This document shows positions 22,576-33,156 of a stretch of DNA of 64,000 bases, in pieces (positions within the stretch are counted from its first letter, which is position 1; every line of letters starts with the position of its first letter). Location: assembly GCA_963707985.1 (NCBI GenBank), contig CAVPRW010000031.1:160001-224000 (forward strand), given 5' to 3'. Origin of the DNA: an uncultured Nitrospinota bacterium. GTDB taxonomy: Bacteria; Tectomicrobia; Entotheonellia; J063; CAVPRW01. Position numbers and translations under genes: made by a program. The notes beneath the pieces are model-generated. The model worked only from the letters and a program-made list of their open reading frames with translations. It ran no database searches and had not been told where the DNA came from.

Positions 22576-23493
22576 TCACGCCGCATCGAGAAGCGCGCTG
22601 AGCTCAATCACTTTGACTGTGCGATCGATACGCCGCATGAACGCCGAGAGGACTTTACCCGGTCCAACCTCGACAACGGCGTCCACTCCCATGTACTTCA
22701 AGGTTTGCACCGACTCCTGCCAGCGCACGGGCGCGGTTACCTGATCGACCAGGAGCCTCGATACCCGCACCCTCGACCCAAAGGGTTTAGCTTCCACATT
22801 GGAAATCACAGGCACCTGCATATCGGAGAAGGTGATCTTGGACAGTTCGGGTTGCAGGCGCTCGGCTGCGGGCGCCATCAGTGCACTATGAAAGGGTGCG
22901 CTCACCGGCAATTCTACGACTTTCACGGCACCCTGTTCCAGGCATCGTGCCATGGCCCGGCGCACGGCCCCAGCATGTCCGGAGATGACTATCTGCCCTG
23001 GGCAATTGTAATTGGCCGGTTGCACCACACCGTCGTCGATGACTTCCACACAAGCAAGCTCCACTTGCGTGCTGTCCAGGCCAAGAATGGCGGCCATTGC
23101 CCCAATGCCCACGGGGACGGCCTCCTGCATGAAGCGGCCACGCTGATGCACCACTCGAACGGCATCAGCGAACGGCATAGCACCGGATGCCACTAGAGCC
23201 GAGTATTCACCCAAACTGTGTCCGGCCAGTGCCATCGGGGTGACACTACGGGCACGCAGCAACTCACAGGCGATGACGCTGTGCACGAGAATGGCTGGCT
23301 GCGCATTGGCAGTCAACTGTAGCTCTTCGGCAGGACCATTAAAGCACAGGTTGGCTAGATCAAAGCCGAGGATCTCATTCGCTTCGTGAAAGCATTTACG
23401 CGCCAATGGCTCCCGTTCGTAGAGATCGCGTGCCATCCCGACGAACTGGGAGCCCTGCCCCGGAAAGAGGAAAGCCATCTGTTCCGGCATCAA
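22576..23493 (-). CDS. fabD: Malonyl-CoA:ACP transacylase
   Basis: FPGQGSQ, GHSLGE, SAPFHS. Confidence 0.95.
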   Translation of the reverse strand: MMPEQMAFLFPGQGSQFVGMARDLYEREPLARKCFHEANEILGFDLANLCFNGPAEELQLTANAQPAILVHSVIACELLRARSVTPMALAGHSLGEYSALVASGAMPFADAVRVVHQRGRFMQEAVPVGIGAMAAILGLDSTQVELACVEVIDDGVVQPANYNCPGQIVISGHAGAVRRAMARCLEQGAVKVVELPVSAPFHSALMAPAAERLQPELSKITFSDMQVPVISNVEAKPFGSRVRVSRLLVDQVTAPVRWQESVQTLKYMGVDAVVEVGPGKVLSAFMRRIDRTVKVIELSALLDAA

Positions 23494-23572
23494 CCGCTCC
23501 TTACGGCTTCATCTGCAAGACAAGCCAGTCGTGCGATTTGGATACATCATAGACCCAGTGGTGTCAATTGAT

Positions 23573-24676
23573 TTATACAGACTCTTCAGGTTCGGGATCG
23601 TCCCGCTCGCGTGAAAACGGGATGGATCCGCGGATGTGCCGCCACAGGCTCATTTTCTGAGGGTTAAGCTGCTGCATGTCACCGTTGGCGGCAAGATCCT
23701 CCTGGATATGGGTATTGACTTGATGGGTGAGTAATCGCTCCGCCAGCCCGATGGCATTCTTGATGGCTTTGGCCGACGAGGCGCCGTGGGCGATGATGCA
23801 GGTACCATTTACTCCAAGTAACGGGGCACCACCGTATTCGGCGTAATCCATTTTGTGCTTCAATTGCGCCAGGGAGGGTTTGAGGAGCAGATACCCCAGC
23901 TTACTCCGACTATCGCGCCTAAACGCTTCCTTGAGGAAGCTTTCTATCATCTCCGCGAAGCTTTCGCTGATTTTCAGGGCAATATTCCCGATGAACCCAT
24001 CGCACACGATCACATCGGCGAAGCCACGATAGACTGCCTTCGCTTCGACGTTGCCGACGAAATTCAGCGAGCTCTTGCGCAGCAGTTGGCAGGCCTCTTT
24101 GGTGGTCTCGTTGCCCTTATTATCCTCTTCACCAATACTCAGCATACCAACCCGTGGACGTTCGCGTTGGAGTACATGCGTCGCGTAGCCGCTTCCCATG
24201 ATGCCGAACTGGTAGAGGTGGATGGGTTTGCAGTCGACATTTGCCCCAGCGTCGATCAGGATCGCATGGCCGCGAATGGTGGGTAGCAGGGTGGCGATGG
24301 CCGGACGGTCCAGGCCGGGGAGTGTTTTGAGGATGAGCGTGGCAGCCAACAAGGTGCCGCCGGAATGACCAGCGGAGATTATGGCGTCAACCTCATGATC
24401 CTGCACCATCTCCATGGCAACGCGAATCGAGGCCGACTTCTTCTTCCGAAAAGCGGCTACTGGGGACTCCTCCATCGCGATAACCTGGGGGGCGTGACGG
24501 ATCTCGAACGGTAAGTCCCCATTGGCGTATTCCTTCATCTCGGCCGTCAACAACTGTTCATCACCGACGAGGACGATTTTACTGCCAAACTCAGCTGCGG
24601 CGAGCAGAGCCCCCTGGATAAGTGGTCCAGAGCCCTTATCGCCTCCCATCGCATCAATCGCAATTTTCCAAGCCAT
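23573..24676 (-). CDS. plsX: Phosphate acyltransferase PlsX
   Basis: IAIDAMGGD, DAGANVD, DGFIGNIALK, YGGAPLLG. Confidence 0.95.
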   Translation of the reverse strand: MAWKIAIDAMGGDKGSGPLIQGALLAAAEFGSKIVLVGDEQLLTAEMKEYANGDLPFEIRHAPQVIAMEESPVAAFRKKKSASIRVAMEMVQDHEVDAIISAGHSGGTLLAATLILKTLPGLDRPAIATLLPTIRGHAILIDAGANVDCKPIHLYQFGIMGSGYATHVLQRERPRVGMLSIGEEDNKGNETTKEACQLLRKSSLNFVGNVEAKAVYRGFADVIVCDGFIGNIALKISESFAEMIESFLKEAFRRDSRSKLGYLLLKPSLAQLKHKMDYAEYGGAPLLGVNGTCIIAHGASSAKAIKNAIGLAERLLTHQVNTHIQEDLAANGDMQQLNPQKMSLWRHIRGSIPFSRERDDPEPEESV

Positions 24677-24722
24677 GGCACCGCCTTCCCCTGAAACCCC
24701 GTTGGCGTGGAATCCGATGCCG

Positions 24723-24902
24723 CTATTCGTTGGCTTCCAGAACTTGGCGATCTTTGTAGTAACCGCAATTGGGACAAATTCGATGAGGGAATTTGGCTTC
24801 TTGGCAGCGCGGGCAGAGTGCCATCCCCCGCAAGGCGAGCTTCCAGTGAGTTCGACGTTTATCGCGGCGCGACTTCGAGGTCTTTCGCTTCGGAACTGGC
24901 AT
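24723..24902 (-). CDS. rpmF: 50S ribosomal protein L32 (not in the ORF track)
   Basis: Manual translation MPVPKRKTSKSRRDKRRTHWKL...CPRC...HRICPNCGYYKDRQV*; lies between yceD and plsX. Confidence 0.95.
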   Translation of the reverse strand: MPVPKRKTSKSRRDKRRTHWKLALRGMALCPRCQEAKFPHRICPNCGYYKDRQVLEANE

Positions 24903-24921
24903 CAGTCACTCCTCGCCTCTC

Positions 24922-25449
24922 TTACGAGAAGCGCAAACCTTTCAATGGCTCGAACGGAGAGCCCAGCTTTTCCTCGGCGCACTGACAACTGATCGTGTTA
25001 CGGTTGACACCGCAGGAGGGACATAGGCCCTTGCATCCGACCGTACAGTGTGGTTGCAGAGGGATCGATAAAATGAGCTTATCTCGTACCATCTCGGCGA
25101 TGTCAACCAACGGCTCAGCGTACCCATAGACATCAGCCTCCCCTACCTCAAGCTCTTGTGCCCGTTCAGATGAAATCGCCTGCAGGGGTAGGTATACCGC
25201 GTCGAGGGCGATGCGTAAAGGCTGCTTAAACTCCTCAGCACAGCGACTGCAGGTGAGGTGCACAACGGAACGCAGGCTCCCCTGGACGATCACCTCCTGA
25301 TTGATTTTGTAGAACTGGCATTCGATCTCGACGAGCTGTGTGACGATAAGCTCGGTGTCGACGATTCCCAGAGCACTCCCAGTACAGGTAAAGCTTTGGG
25401 AGATACCCTCCGGGGGGATGGCAGACAGTTCCATGATGAGCCGCAGCAT
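24922..25449 (-). CDS. yceD: YceD/DUF177 protein
   Basis: CSRCAE and CKGLCPSCG motifs; upstream of rpmF. Confidence 0.9.
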   Translation of the reverse strand: MLRLIMELSAIPPEGISQSFTCTGSALGIVDTELIVTQLVEIECQFYKINQEVIVQGSLRSVVHLTCSRCAEEFKQPLRIALDAVYLPLQAISSERAQELEVGEADVYGYAEPLVDIAEMVRDKLILSIPLQPHCTVGCKGLCPSCGVNRNTISCQCAEEKLGSPFEPLKGLRFS

Positions 25450-25507
25450 GTCAATTCACCCTTCAGACACATGTCTTTGGACACCAGGGCAGCGTCAAAG
25501 TGCGACC

Positions 25508-25536
25508 ATTATAGTCATGGTTCTAAAGCTTGTCAA
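25508..25536 (-). promoter_or_regulatory. sigma70 promoter of the yceD-rpmF-plsX-fab operon
   Basis: Exact TTGACA-N17-TATAAT on the minus strand. Confidence 0.8.
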
Positions 25537-25721
25537 GCCGTAGCTTGCTTTGGGCTGCCTCCCTGATTTCTTCAACCGAGCGCAGCTTCCACGCCCTTCT
25601 TGTCTTGACACCACAGGCCTAGTTTGTTAAGAAAAGGCACGTTCTATCCCTCGGCTCTTCACGATACGTCCAGCATCGCCTCCATCAGGTGCCCTGACAT
25701 CGGCAGCTAGACAGTAGAGGA

Positions 25722-26018
25722 GTGCCACACATGCGCTATGAAGTGCAAACGTATATGACTCCCCAAGAGGTCATCGAACACGCGATCGCATTTTTTGGGG
25801 TGGATTTGGACTTGGAGCTGCAAAGCCAGGCTTTTGATGCACTACATTTTGTGGGTGGCGGTGGGCATGTGACCCTGTCGCTGAAGGATGAAGATCCGGT
25901 GTCGGCGGAGCTCGAAACCCGCGAGTGGGATGCCCAGGTCGAAGAATTCATGGCTCGTATCGCTCGCAAACGTTGGTGGCGGCGGCTGTGGAAGAGTGTT
26001 AAAGAAGAGCTGGCATGA
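25722..26018 (+). CDS. Hypothetical protein
   Basis: GAGGAG RBS; FVGGGGHV and LETREWD read like a real small protein. Confidence 0.65.
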   Translation: MPHMRYEVQTYMTPQEVIEHAIAFFGVDLDLELQSQAFDALHFVGGGGHVTLSLKDEDPVSAELETREWDAQVEEFMARIARKRWWRRLWKSVKEELA

Positions 26019-26083
26019 ACTGTGAGAGCGCCTCAGCCCAATAACGGAAGAGTTTCAACAGCTTCGCACCCGGGAGTCCACTT

Positions 26084-28147
26084 ATGGCCTCATGTACGCT
26101 GGCGATTGACGTCGGTGGGACGTTCACTGACGTGACATTGGCCGATGCAGCAACCGGCACCACGTGGATCACCAAGACCCCATCGACTCCGCATGACCTT
26201 TCGGTGGGCTTCATGACCGGCATTCAGAAAATCCTGATGCTGGGGCGATTGGGGCCAGCGGATATCATGCGTGTCTTTCACGGCACGACTACTGCCACGA
26301 ATGCCATCTTGGAGGGCAAGACAGCGCCGATGGGGCTGCTTACCACCAAAGGCTTTAAGTACGTCTTGGAGATCGGGCGTCATGACATCCCGCGCGAGGG
26401 GAATCTGTACGGCTGGATCAAGCCCACACGACCGGTGACACCGGATCGCATCTTCGAGGTGAGTGAGCGCCTCGATGTGACCGGCCAGGTGCTGACGCCC
26501 TTTGATGAGGACGACTGCCGGCGGGCGGTGCAACGCCTGCGTCGGCTCGGTGTGCCGTCGATTGCCGTGGTGTTTCTGCACGCCTATGTTAATCCTCTGC
26601 ACGAACAACAGGCGGCACGAATGATCGCGCAGGAGTACCCCGAGGCGGTGGTTTCCCTGTCGTCGGAAGTGCTACCGCAATTTCGCGAATTCGAGCGCAG
26701 CATGGCTACGGTCCTCAATGCCGCGGTCATGCCCCATGTGAGCCGCTACCTCAATCTGCTGCGCGGGAAGTTGGACACGGCACAGATCGGCGCCCCGCTG
26801 TTGATCATGAAGTCGAACGGCGGTGTCACAAGTGCGGAAACCGCTGCCCGACAGGCCATCCACACCGCCCTCTCCGGCCCCGCCGCCGGGGTGATCGGGG
26901 CGGTGAACGTGGCGCACTCGGCTGGATATTCCAATATCATCTCCATTGATGTGGGCGGCACCAGTGCCGATATTTGCCTGGTGCGTGACCGCCAGCCGGA
27001 GATCACCAAAGAAGCGAAAATCGGCCCCTTCCCCCTGAAGATTCCCATCATCGATATCAATACCATCGGGGCGGGTGGCGGCAGCATTGCCACGGTTCTG
27101 GCGCCGGGCCGACTGGAGGTGGGACCGCGCAGCGCCGGAGCCGAGCCCGGACCTGCCTGTTACGGACGCGGTGGCGAGGAGCCGACAGTCACCGATGCCA
27201 ACTTGCTCCTGGGGCGCATTCCCGCATCGCTACTGGGCGGTGAGGTTCCGTTGGATCGTGAAGTTGCCCGGCAGGCCATCCAAAAGCGCATTGCACAACC
27301 CCTCGAGCTTGGCCTCAACGAGGCCGCGGCGGGCATCATCGAGATCATCAATAACAATATGGCACGGGCGATTCGCACCGTATCCATCGGCCGTGGCCAT
27401 GACCCGCGTCAGTTTGTGCTGGTGGCCTTTGGCGGAGCTGGACCTTTGCATGCTTGTCGCCTTGCTGAGCTGCTCGACATCCCAGCCATCGTCATTCCGC
27501 CGACTCCCGGGGTACTGTCGACATCTGGCCTGCTGAGCACCGATCTGAAAAATGACTATGTGCAAACCTGCTACCAGGAGGGGCCGCAGTATGATCTGGC
27601 ACGTATCGCTGCAGTCTATACCAACCTCGAAGATCAGGCGCTCGCCTGGCTACAGGCTGAGCAGGTACCCTCAGCAGCCCAACGACTCGTTTATGCGGCC
27701 GACCTCCGTTATGCACATCAAAGCTTCGAGCTCACCTGTCCCATGCCTGCTGGGCACGTGACGCAAGCGCTGGTGCAAGAGCTCGTGGCGGCATTCCATC
27801 GCGAGCACCGACGGCTATACTCCTACGATCTCCCAAACGCGCCGGTGGAGCTGGTCAACCTACGGGTGACGGCGATTGGCCTGTTGCCTAAGCTTCAGCC
27901 TCAGATTGCGAGCGCTGCATCGTCGAGTCTCGCTGGAGCCTTGGCGGGTTCGCGCCCGGTATATTTCGATCAGCTGGGAGGATTTGTCGAGACGCCCTGC
28001 TATACGCGCGCGCGGCTAACCTCTGGGATGACCTTTGAGGGTCCAGCCATCGTCGATCAAGATGATACGACGACGGTGATTTTCCCCGATTTCCACGCCA
28101 AAGTAGACCCCGTGGGCAATCTCATTTTGGCGCATCGCACTCCGTAA
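26084..28147 (+). CDS. Hydantoinase/oxoprolinase A-subunit family protein
   Basis: DVGGTFTD, HGTTTATNA, SGPAAG, DVGGTS, GAGGGS, AFGGAGPLH. Confidence 0.92.
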   Translation: MASCTLAIDVGGTFTDVTLADAATGTTWITKTPSTPHDLSVGFMTGIQKILMLGRLGPADIMRVFHGTTTATNAILEGKTAPMGLLTTKGFKYVLEIGRHDIPREGNLYGWIKPTRPVTPDRIFEVSERLDVTGQVLTPFDEDDCRRAVQRLRRLGVPSIAVVFLHAYVNPLHEQQAARMIAQEYPEAVVSLSSEVLPQFREFERSMATVLNAAVMPHVSRYLNLLRGKLDTAQIGAPLLIMKSNGGVTSAETAARQAIHTALSGPAAGVIGAVNVAHSAGYSNIISIDVGGTSADICLVRDRQPEITKEAKIGPFPLKIPIIDINTIGAGGGSIATVLAPGRLEVGPRSAGAEPGPACYGRGGEEPTVTDANLLLGRIPASLLGGEVPLDREVARQAIQKRIAQPLELGLNEAAAGIIEIINNNMARAIRTVSIGRGHDPRQFVLVAFGGAGPLHACRLAELLDIPAIVIPPTPGVLSTSGLLSTDLKNDYVQTCYQEGPQYDLARIAAVYTNLEDQALAWLQAEQVPSAAQRLVYAADLRYAHQSFELTCPMPAGHVTQALVQELVAAFHREHRRLYSYDLPNAPVELVNLRVTAIGLLPKLQPQIASAASSSLAGALAGSRPVYFDQLGGFVETPCYTRARLTSGMTFEGPAIVDQDDTTTVIFPDFHAKVDPVGNLILAHRTP

Positions 28148-28204
28148 CCGGGGATCCACACCTCGATGTTCCTGGTCGGACCCCCCATGGCAATGGCACG
28201 AAGC

Positions 28205-28798
28205 TCATGCAAAGGGTGACTCTCCGCCTTTGGCAGGCTGATAGAAGGGGTTCGTGCCGCTAGCATGGTCGGTCGAATCGACGACCTGTCGGATGCCAGG
28301 GACCTCTTCCGTAATCAGCGCCTCAATCCCCTGCTTCAGCGTCACATCTGCCATACCACATCCCTGGCACCCCCCGCCGAGGGCTACGTAGGCGATATCA
28401 TCTTTGACGTCGAGGAGCGTGACGTATCCCCCGTGGTCCGCCACGGCCGGATTGATGTGCTCGTCGAGCAACTTCTGGATGGCGATGGCCTTGGGGTCAG
28501 TCCATTGTGTCTTCGGATTGTGGATCCTGAAACCGCTCTGCTCAGGAGTCTCCACGAAGTCTAAGGTGGCCCCTTGCAGATTGGGCGCGCTCTCGGCGTC
28601 GATGAATACCCGGAAGCCGCCAGCATCGATCACAACATCATCAGCCGCGCGCTCGTCCTCGCGCACGAAGCCTAGCTTATACTGAAATCCGCCGGGCCGC
28701 TGTCCGGCAATCGCTAGACGTAACGCGAGCCCCTGGCGCTCCTCATCCGCCAGGAGATGGGTGATATATTGTCCTGCGGCTTCTGTAATATCGATCAT
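28205..28798 (-). CDS. nfuA: NfuA-type Fe-S carrier (A-type N domain plus NifU C domain)
   Basis: INPAVADHGG, GGCQGCG, VVDSTDH. Confidence 0.88.
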   Translation of the reverse strand: MIDITEAAGQYITHLLADEERQGLALRLAIAGQRPGGFQYKLGFVREDERAADDVVIDAGGFRVFIDAESAPNLQGATLDFVETPEQSGFRIHNPKTQWTDPKAIAIQKLLDEHINPAVADHGGYVTLLDVKDDIAYVALGGGCQGCGMADVTLKQGIEALITEEVPGIRQVVDSTDHASGTNPFYQPAKGGESPFA

Positions 28799-28835
28799 GT
28801 CTCTCTCCTTGACAAAAATTCTGCTGTTTCTACGC

Positions 28836-30150
28836 TCAGTGCTCCAACAGGGGCAGCCTGTCAGCCCCAGGTGTCGCCGGGCTCACATGTTCCACCTGGG
28901 CAGGACGAGCCTCGGGAGGTGTGATCACGAATGTCAGCCGTCGATGCGCTTCGCGAAGCGCCAACTCGACGCCTGAGGGGGTTGAGTCGCGGGCGAAAAT
29001 GAAGCCCAGATACCGCGATCCCTCCGGGAGAGGGACGACCTCCTGTCCGAGTGGAATCGTGATCCTGATATCCTCAATGCCTCCGACCTGCCTGGCATTC
29101 TCCTGGCCCGTCACCTGCCTTAGGATACCAGCTTTTGGGAATGGGAATCATCATGACGCCAGCCGCAAGCCTGTCGCGCTCCAAGATCTTCGTCTCGAGG
29201 CCGAGAGCGTGTCGGAGCAGCAGTTCCTCTAGCGACAGCTCGTCACCAAAACGCAGGGTACGGGAGCAGAGACCACCGATGGAGCGCGGGGCGATCTCCA
29301 GGGGCCATGGGCCGTGCTCATTTACCCGCAGCTCCGCATGCACCGGGCCGTGTCGAAGCCCAAGAGCGGAGGTGACCTCGGCCGTGCACGAGGCGACTTG
29401 GTCCTGAACCGCTGCAGATAAACGAGACGGGGTCACATAGATCGTCTCCTCAAAGAACGGACCATCTAGCGGATCTGGTTTATCGAAGAGGGCTAACACG
29501 CGCAGCTGACCATGCGTCAGAAGTCCTTCCAGGGCGACTTCAGACCCAGGGATGAAGCGCTCGACGAGGATCTCTTGCGCCGATCGACGCCGGGAGACGG
29601 CGACGTCCGGACGCTGCAGGATGGCCAGCAGTCGCTGGTAGGCGGCCACGAATTGGCTGGGATTATCGGCGCGGATGACGCCACGGCTAGCCGATAAGGA
29701 CAGCGGCTTGACGACACAGGGATACTCGACACGGCGGGCTATCGCTGCGGGGTCATCGTCGATGGGAAAACGCCAGAAGCAGGGACAGGGGATGCCAGAT
29801 TCAGACAGGATCTGCCGCATCCGGTACTTATTGCGAGCAGCTACCACGGCTGCCACCGGATTATGCGGCAACCCCAAAGCTGACGCAGCCATGGCGGCCA
29901 GGATGATGCCGTCATCATCGGCGGCTATGACGCCACCAATGGGATGTGCCTTGGCGAACTCGACGATGACCTGTGTGGCTTCCTCGGGCACCGAGAAATC
30001 AAGCACGAGGTGGCCGGCAGGATTGACTGCAGCCAGCGCCTGAGGGCGCTCGGAACCAACCGTCACCGGGGTGCCCAAGCGTTTCGCGGCATCAAGAAAG
30101 GCTTGAGCGCGATATGTCGTGGTCGTCATTAATAGCAGCAGACGCTGCAT
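28836..30150 (-). CDS. ATP-grasp domain protein, frameshifted near 29120
   Basis: NKYRMR, PCVVKPLSLSASRGVIR, EIAPRSIGG; C-terminus PLPEGSRYLGFIFA in another frame. Confidence 0.85.
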
Positions 30151-30163
30151 GGCATGATGTCCT

Positions 30164-31957
30164 TCACGGCATCTCCTGGTACAGTGCCTCACCCCGATGC
30201 AGACGCAAGGCAATCTGGTACGTCTGCCCCACGGCACGGGGTGTTGGCGCGTGTGCGGCCAGATAGCGGGCCAGACCGATCAGCACATCCCTTCCGGCGT
30301 GAGTGCCACGGCGTGCCTGGTACTGCTTGAACGCAGCATCGACGATCTGAAATGCATGAAAGCCCGCATCTTCACGCAACATCGCCTGGCCGAGCGTCAT
30401 CATGATACCACGAGGATCGGCGCTGTCAGCCAGATAGTTGGATACAAGCTGCGCCACCTCTTCGACTTGCTGCTGCACATTCATGCGATTCAGCACTTCA
30501 GCGCGGACTTGTTCGCTATCGACAGTCGTGTGCCCAGCTTCTGGAATACGTTGCGCCGGCATGTTCAGGAATCGATCCAGGTAGATGCTCATGGCGGTAT
30601 CGAACACTCCACGCAGCAGCTCGATCGATGGCACACGCTGCAAGGCCTGATGCAGGGCATTGGCGGCGGTCAGCGTATTATGCACCGTCTCCCAGTCGCC
30701 GAACTCATTCGCTGTGTGAAAACGCGCCATGCGCACAAACGCGGCATGTGCCACGGCTGACCCCAAGGCCTCCGGCGACGCACCCGCCCGGATGGCATCT
30801 TTGATGGCCTGCAGAATGGCCACCGGATCGTCCCCGAGGATCGCCTCGACCAGTGCCTCTTCGCCCTGCCATATATCAGGATTATCTCTGCCCTGAGCAT
30901 AGAGCGCGGGGAGTTCGTTGCGAGCAGCCCACACCAAAGAGGCAAGATCGATGGGATGGCGCCAGGAATTGAGTTCTTGGCTGCGTCGAGCCGTGGCCAT
31001 GCCATGCACCAGGCTTGTCAACACCTGTCCGGCATGCTCCCAGCCGATGTGATCGAGCAGCTCAAAAGCCTTATTGGCAAAATCCACCACGTGCCCGCCG
31101 TCGAGATAAAGGTGGTCGGTCGCGGCCGCGAAGATCATCTCGGCGATGGTTCCGGCCGGTAGCCCAAGGTCGATCGCCGTGCACAGGCAACGCTCCCCGC
31201 CATCAGCGTTGCGCACCTCGATGAAGTGCCGAAACCATTGCTTGAAGACCTCAGGACGTGTCTCGCCGCTCGGCAGTGGTGCGACCAGGAATCGCGGCGG
31301 CTGACCCGAGCATTCGCGCGCGACATGCAGCAGTCCGTGATATAAGGCACGCGGCCGGTCTTCATCAGCGAGATACGGCAGCATATTGGCGACACAAGTC
31401 AAGATGCTCATGGCCGCCCCCCAGCCCTCGGCCGAGTAGGCCATACCAAAGTGCGTGCCAATCTCGAGCGGAATACGATGATCGGCACCTGCCGCCTGCA
31501 AACCGAGCACGGACTTCGCAACGACCAGGCGGATGGTGTGCTCCAGTCCCTCGCGTAGACGGGTGGACCAGTGCTGAATGGGATCGCGCGGCGACGGTGA
31601 GGGATTTACCCAAATCTCGCCGTCAATGATGTGGACGGGAAAGGCGCGCACGTCATCGGCGAAGGGGTCAAAAGTCCCGCCGCTCGCCAGATCGAAGCGC
31701 GCATGGTGCCAGTGGCAAGTGAGAATACCATCTTTGACCGTGCCTCGATCCAGAGGGAATCCCATGTGCGGACAACGGTTATCGACGGCATAGACTTGAC
31801 CATCGTGGTCATAGACGGCAATGACATGGCCGCCTCCCGTCACCACCATACAGCCGCGCTGCCCGAGCTCATTCATGGGCCCAACTCGAATGAGATCTTC
31901 AGCGATTGCAGACGTCCCCAAGAATCTCCTGGCGTCGAGCTTCCCGTCAATACTCAT
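30164..31957 (-). CDS. Rieske [2Fe-2S] domain protein with large helical C-terminal region
   Basis: NRCPHMG...CHWHHARFD Rieske motifs. Confidence 0.88.
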   Translation of the reverse strand: MSIDGKLDARRFLGTSAIAEDLIRVGPMNELGQRGCMVVTGGGHVIAVYDHDGQVYAVDNRCPHMGFPLDRGTVKDGILTCHWHHARFDLASGGTFDPFADDVRAFPVHIIDGEIWVNPSPSPRDPIQHWSTRLREGLEHTIRLVVAKSVLGLQAAGADHRIPLEIGTHFGMAYSAEGWGAAMSILTCVANMLPYLADEDRPRALYHGLLHVARECSGQPPRFLVAPLPSGETRPEVFKQWFRHFIEVRNADGGERCLCTAIDLGLPAGTIAEMIFAAATDHLYLDGGHVVDFANKAFELLDHIGWEHAGQVLTSLVHGMATARRSQELNSWRHPIDLASLVWAARNELPALYAQGRDNPDIWQGEEALVEAILGDDPVAILQAIKDAIRAGASPEALGSAVAHAAFVRMARFHTANEFGDWETVHNTLTAANALHQALQRVPSIELLRGVFDTAMSIYLDRFLNMPAQRIPEAGHTTVDSEQVRAEVLNRMNVQQQVEEVAQLVSNYLADSADPRGIMMTLGQAMLREDAGFHAFQIVDAAFKQYQARRGTHAGRDVLIGLARYLAAHAPTPRAVGQTYQIALRLHRGEALYQEMP

Positions 31958-32293
31958 GGCGTTGCTCCTGTCTCGTCAGCGGGAGCTACGTTCCGGTTTC
32001 CCAACCTCGGCATATATGACACCCTCCAGTTCTGCTCCAAATAGCCATGAAATGCAAGAGGAAATTCGTGAGCGTTGTGGCTGGGCATTAAGATGAGGCC
32101 GGCAACGAGGAGGTCATCGCCCAGTGGCGGCGGCAAGAACTGGCTCAGTGCTGAGTCAATCTCTTCGATGGCGCTCGCACGGTCCGGGGCCGCTTTGCTC
32201 AGGATGCCTGCCATGTTAGAATACCACCTGACTGCACCATAGGCATAGGTGACGCGAACCCAGGTGCAAACTTTTTGTATTGAGGATGTCAAT

Positions 32294-32623
32294 ATGATAG
32301 GGCCAAGCAAAGCCCCTCCTCCGATCATCATGAAAAAGGTGACTGACCCCGAGGAGCTAGCCAAAGCTCGGGCGCAACGTGAGCGCTTCGACCGGAATTC
32401 GGCCTGGCCGCACGCACAGGCCTCAGAGATTTACGCGCGGTATCGTGGCAAGTGTATCTGCATCGCTCGCAAAGAGCTATTTGTCGCTCATACGTCCGAG
32501 GAAGCTCTGGCACTGGCCGGAGTGGTACAACCGGAAGACGATGGGTTTTTCCTCCGCTCTAGTCCCCGAGAAAAGATGGCCCGCATTTACGCGAATCGCT
32601 GGAGAGTGACTGCTGTTCGATGA
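32294..32623 (+). CDS. Small hypothetical protein, DUF5678-like partner of the aspartyl protease gene
   Basis: YRGKCICIA...EEALALA pattern; overlaps the next gene. Confidence 0.55.
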   Translation: MIGPSKAPPPIIMKKVTDPEELAKARAQRERFDRNSAWPHAQASEIYARYRGKCICIARKELFVAHTSEEALALAGVVQPEDDGFFLRSSPREKMARIYANRWRVTAVR

Positions 32624-33017
32624 TGGAGTTGTGCGACCTGTAATCCGGGGGGAAATTCTGGGGGGCGACGGTCTCTGGAACCCGGCAGAATTTCTCGTGG
32701 ATAGAGGCGCAGATCGCACGGTAGTGAGCGCATCTGTCCTCACAGCGCTCCGCCCTCAACCCGTTGCTACCCAGGAAGGCATCGGCGGCGTAGGAGGTAT
32801 GGCGAGGTCAGTCATTGTTGAAACCCAAGTGCGCTTCAGTCGGGAAGAAGGAGGGAGTCGGGTCGTCTTTCGCGGCCAGTATGCCGCCGTCCCCGAGCTG
32901 GAATCGCTCGAAACAAGCGTGCTAGGCCGCGACATCACCGGCTTATTCGCACTAATCATCGATCGACCTGGCGATGTCGTCTGTCTTATAGGGCAACGGC
33001 ACCAATATACCATTTAG
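32589..33017 (+). pseudogene. Retropepsin-like aspartyl protease pseudogene
   Basis: In-frame upstream extension ACG-R-I-A-G-E-TGA-L-L-F-D-D; FLVDRGADRT at the usual DTG site; VLGRD. Confidence 0.7.
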
Positions 33018-33156
33018 TAATCTGCTCTATGTCGTCCATGAGGCTCTCGTATTCCGCAGGCAGTACTTCTGGGGCTGGCCCCAAGGCCCCACGTTCGCGC
33101 ACAAACATGAAATGTAACGAGGTCTCCACCGCGGCCGTGAAGCCTTCCTCAACACC

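Noticed and set aside
32607..32609. In-frame TGA as selenocysteine or recoded Trp
   Set aside because: TGA is an ordinary stop in many genes here, and the same gene has other lesions
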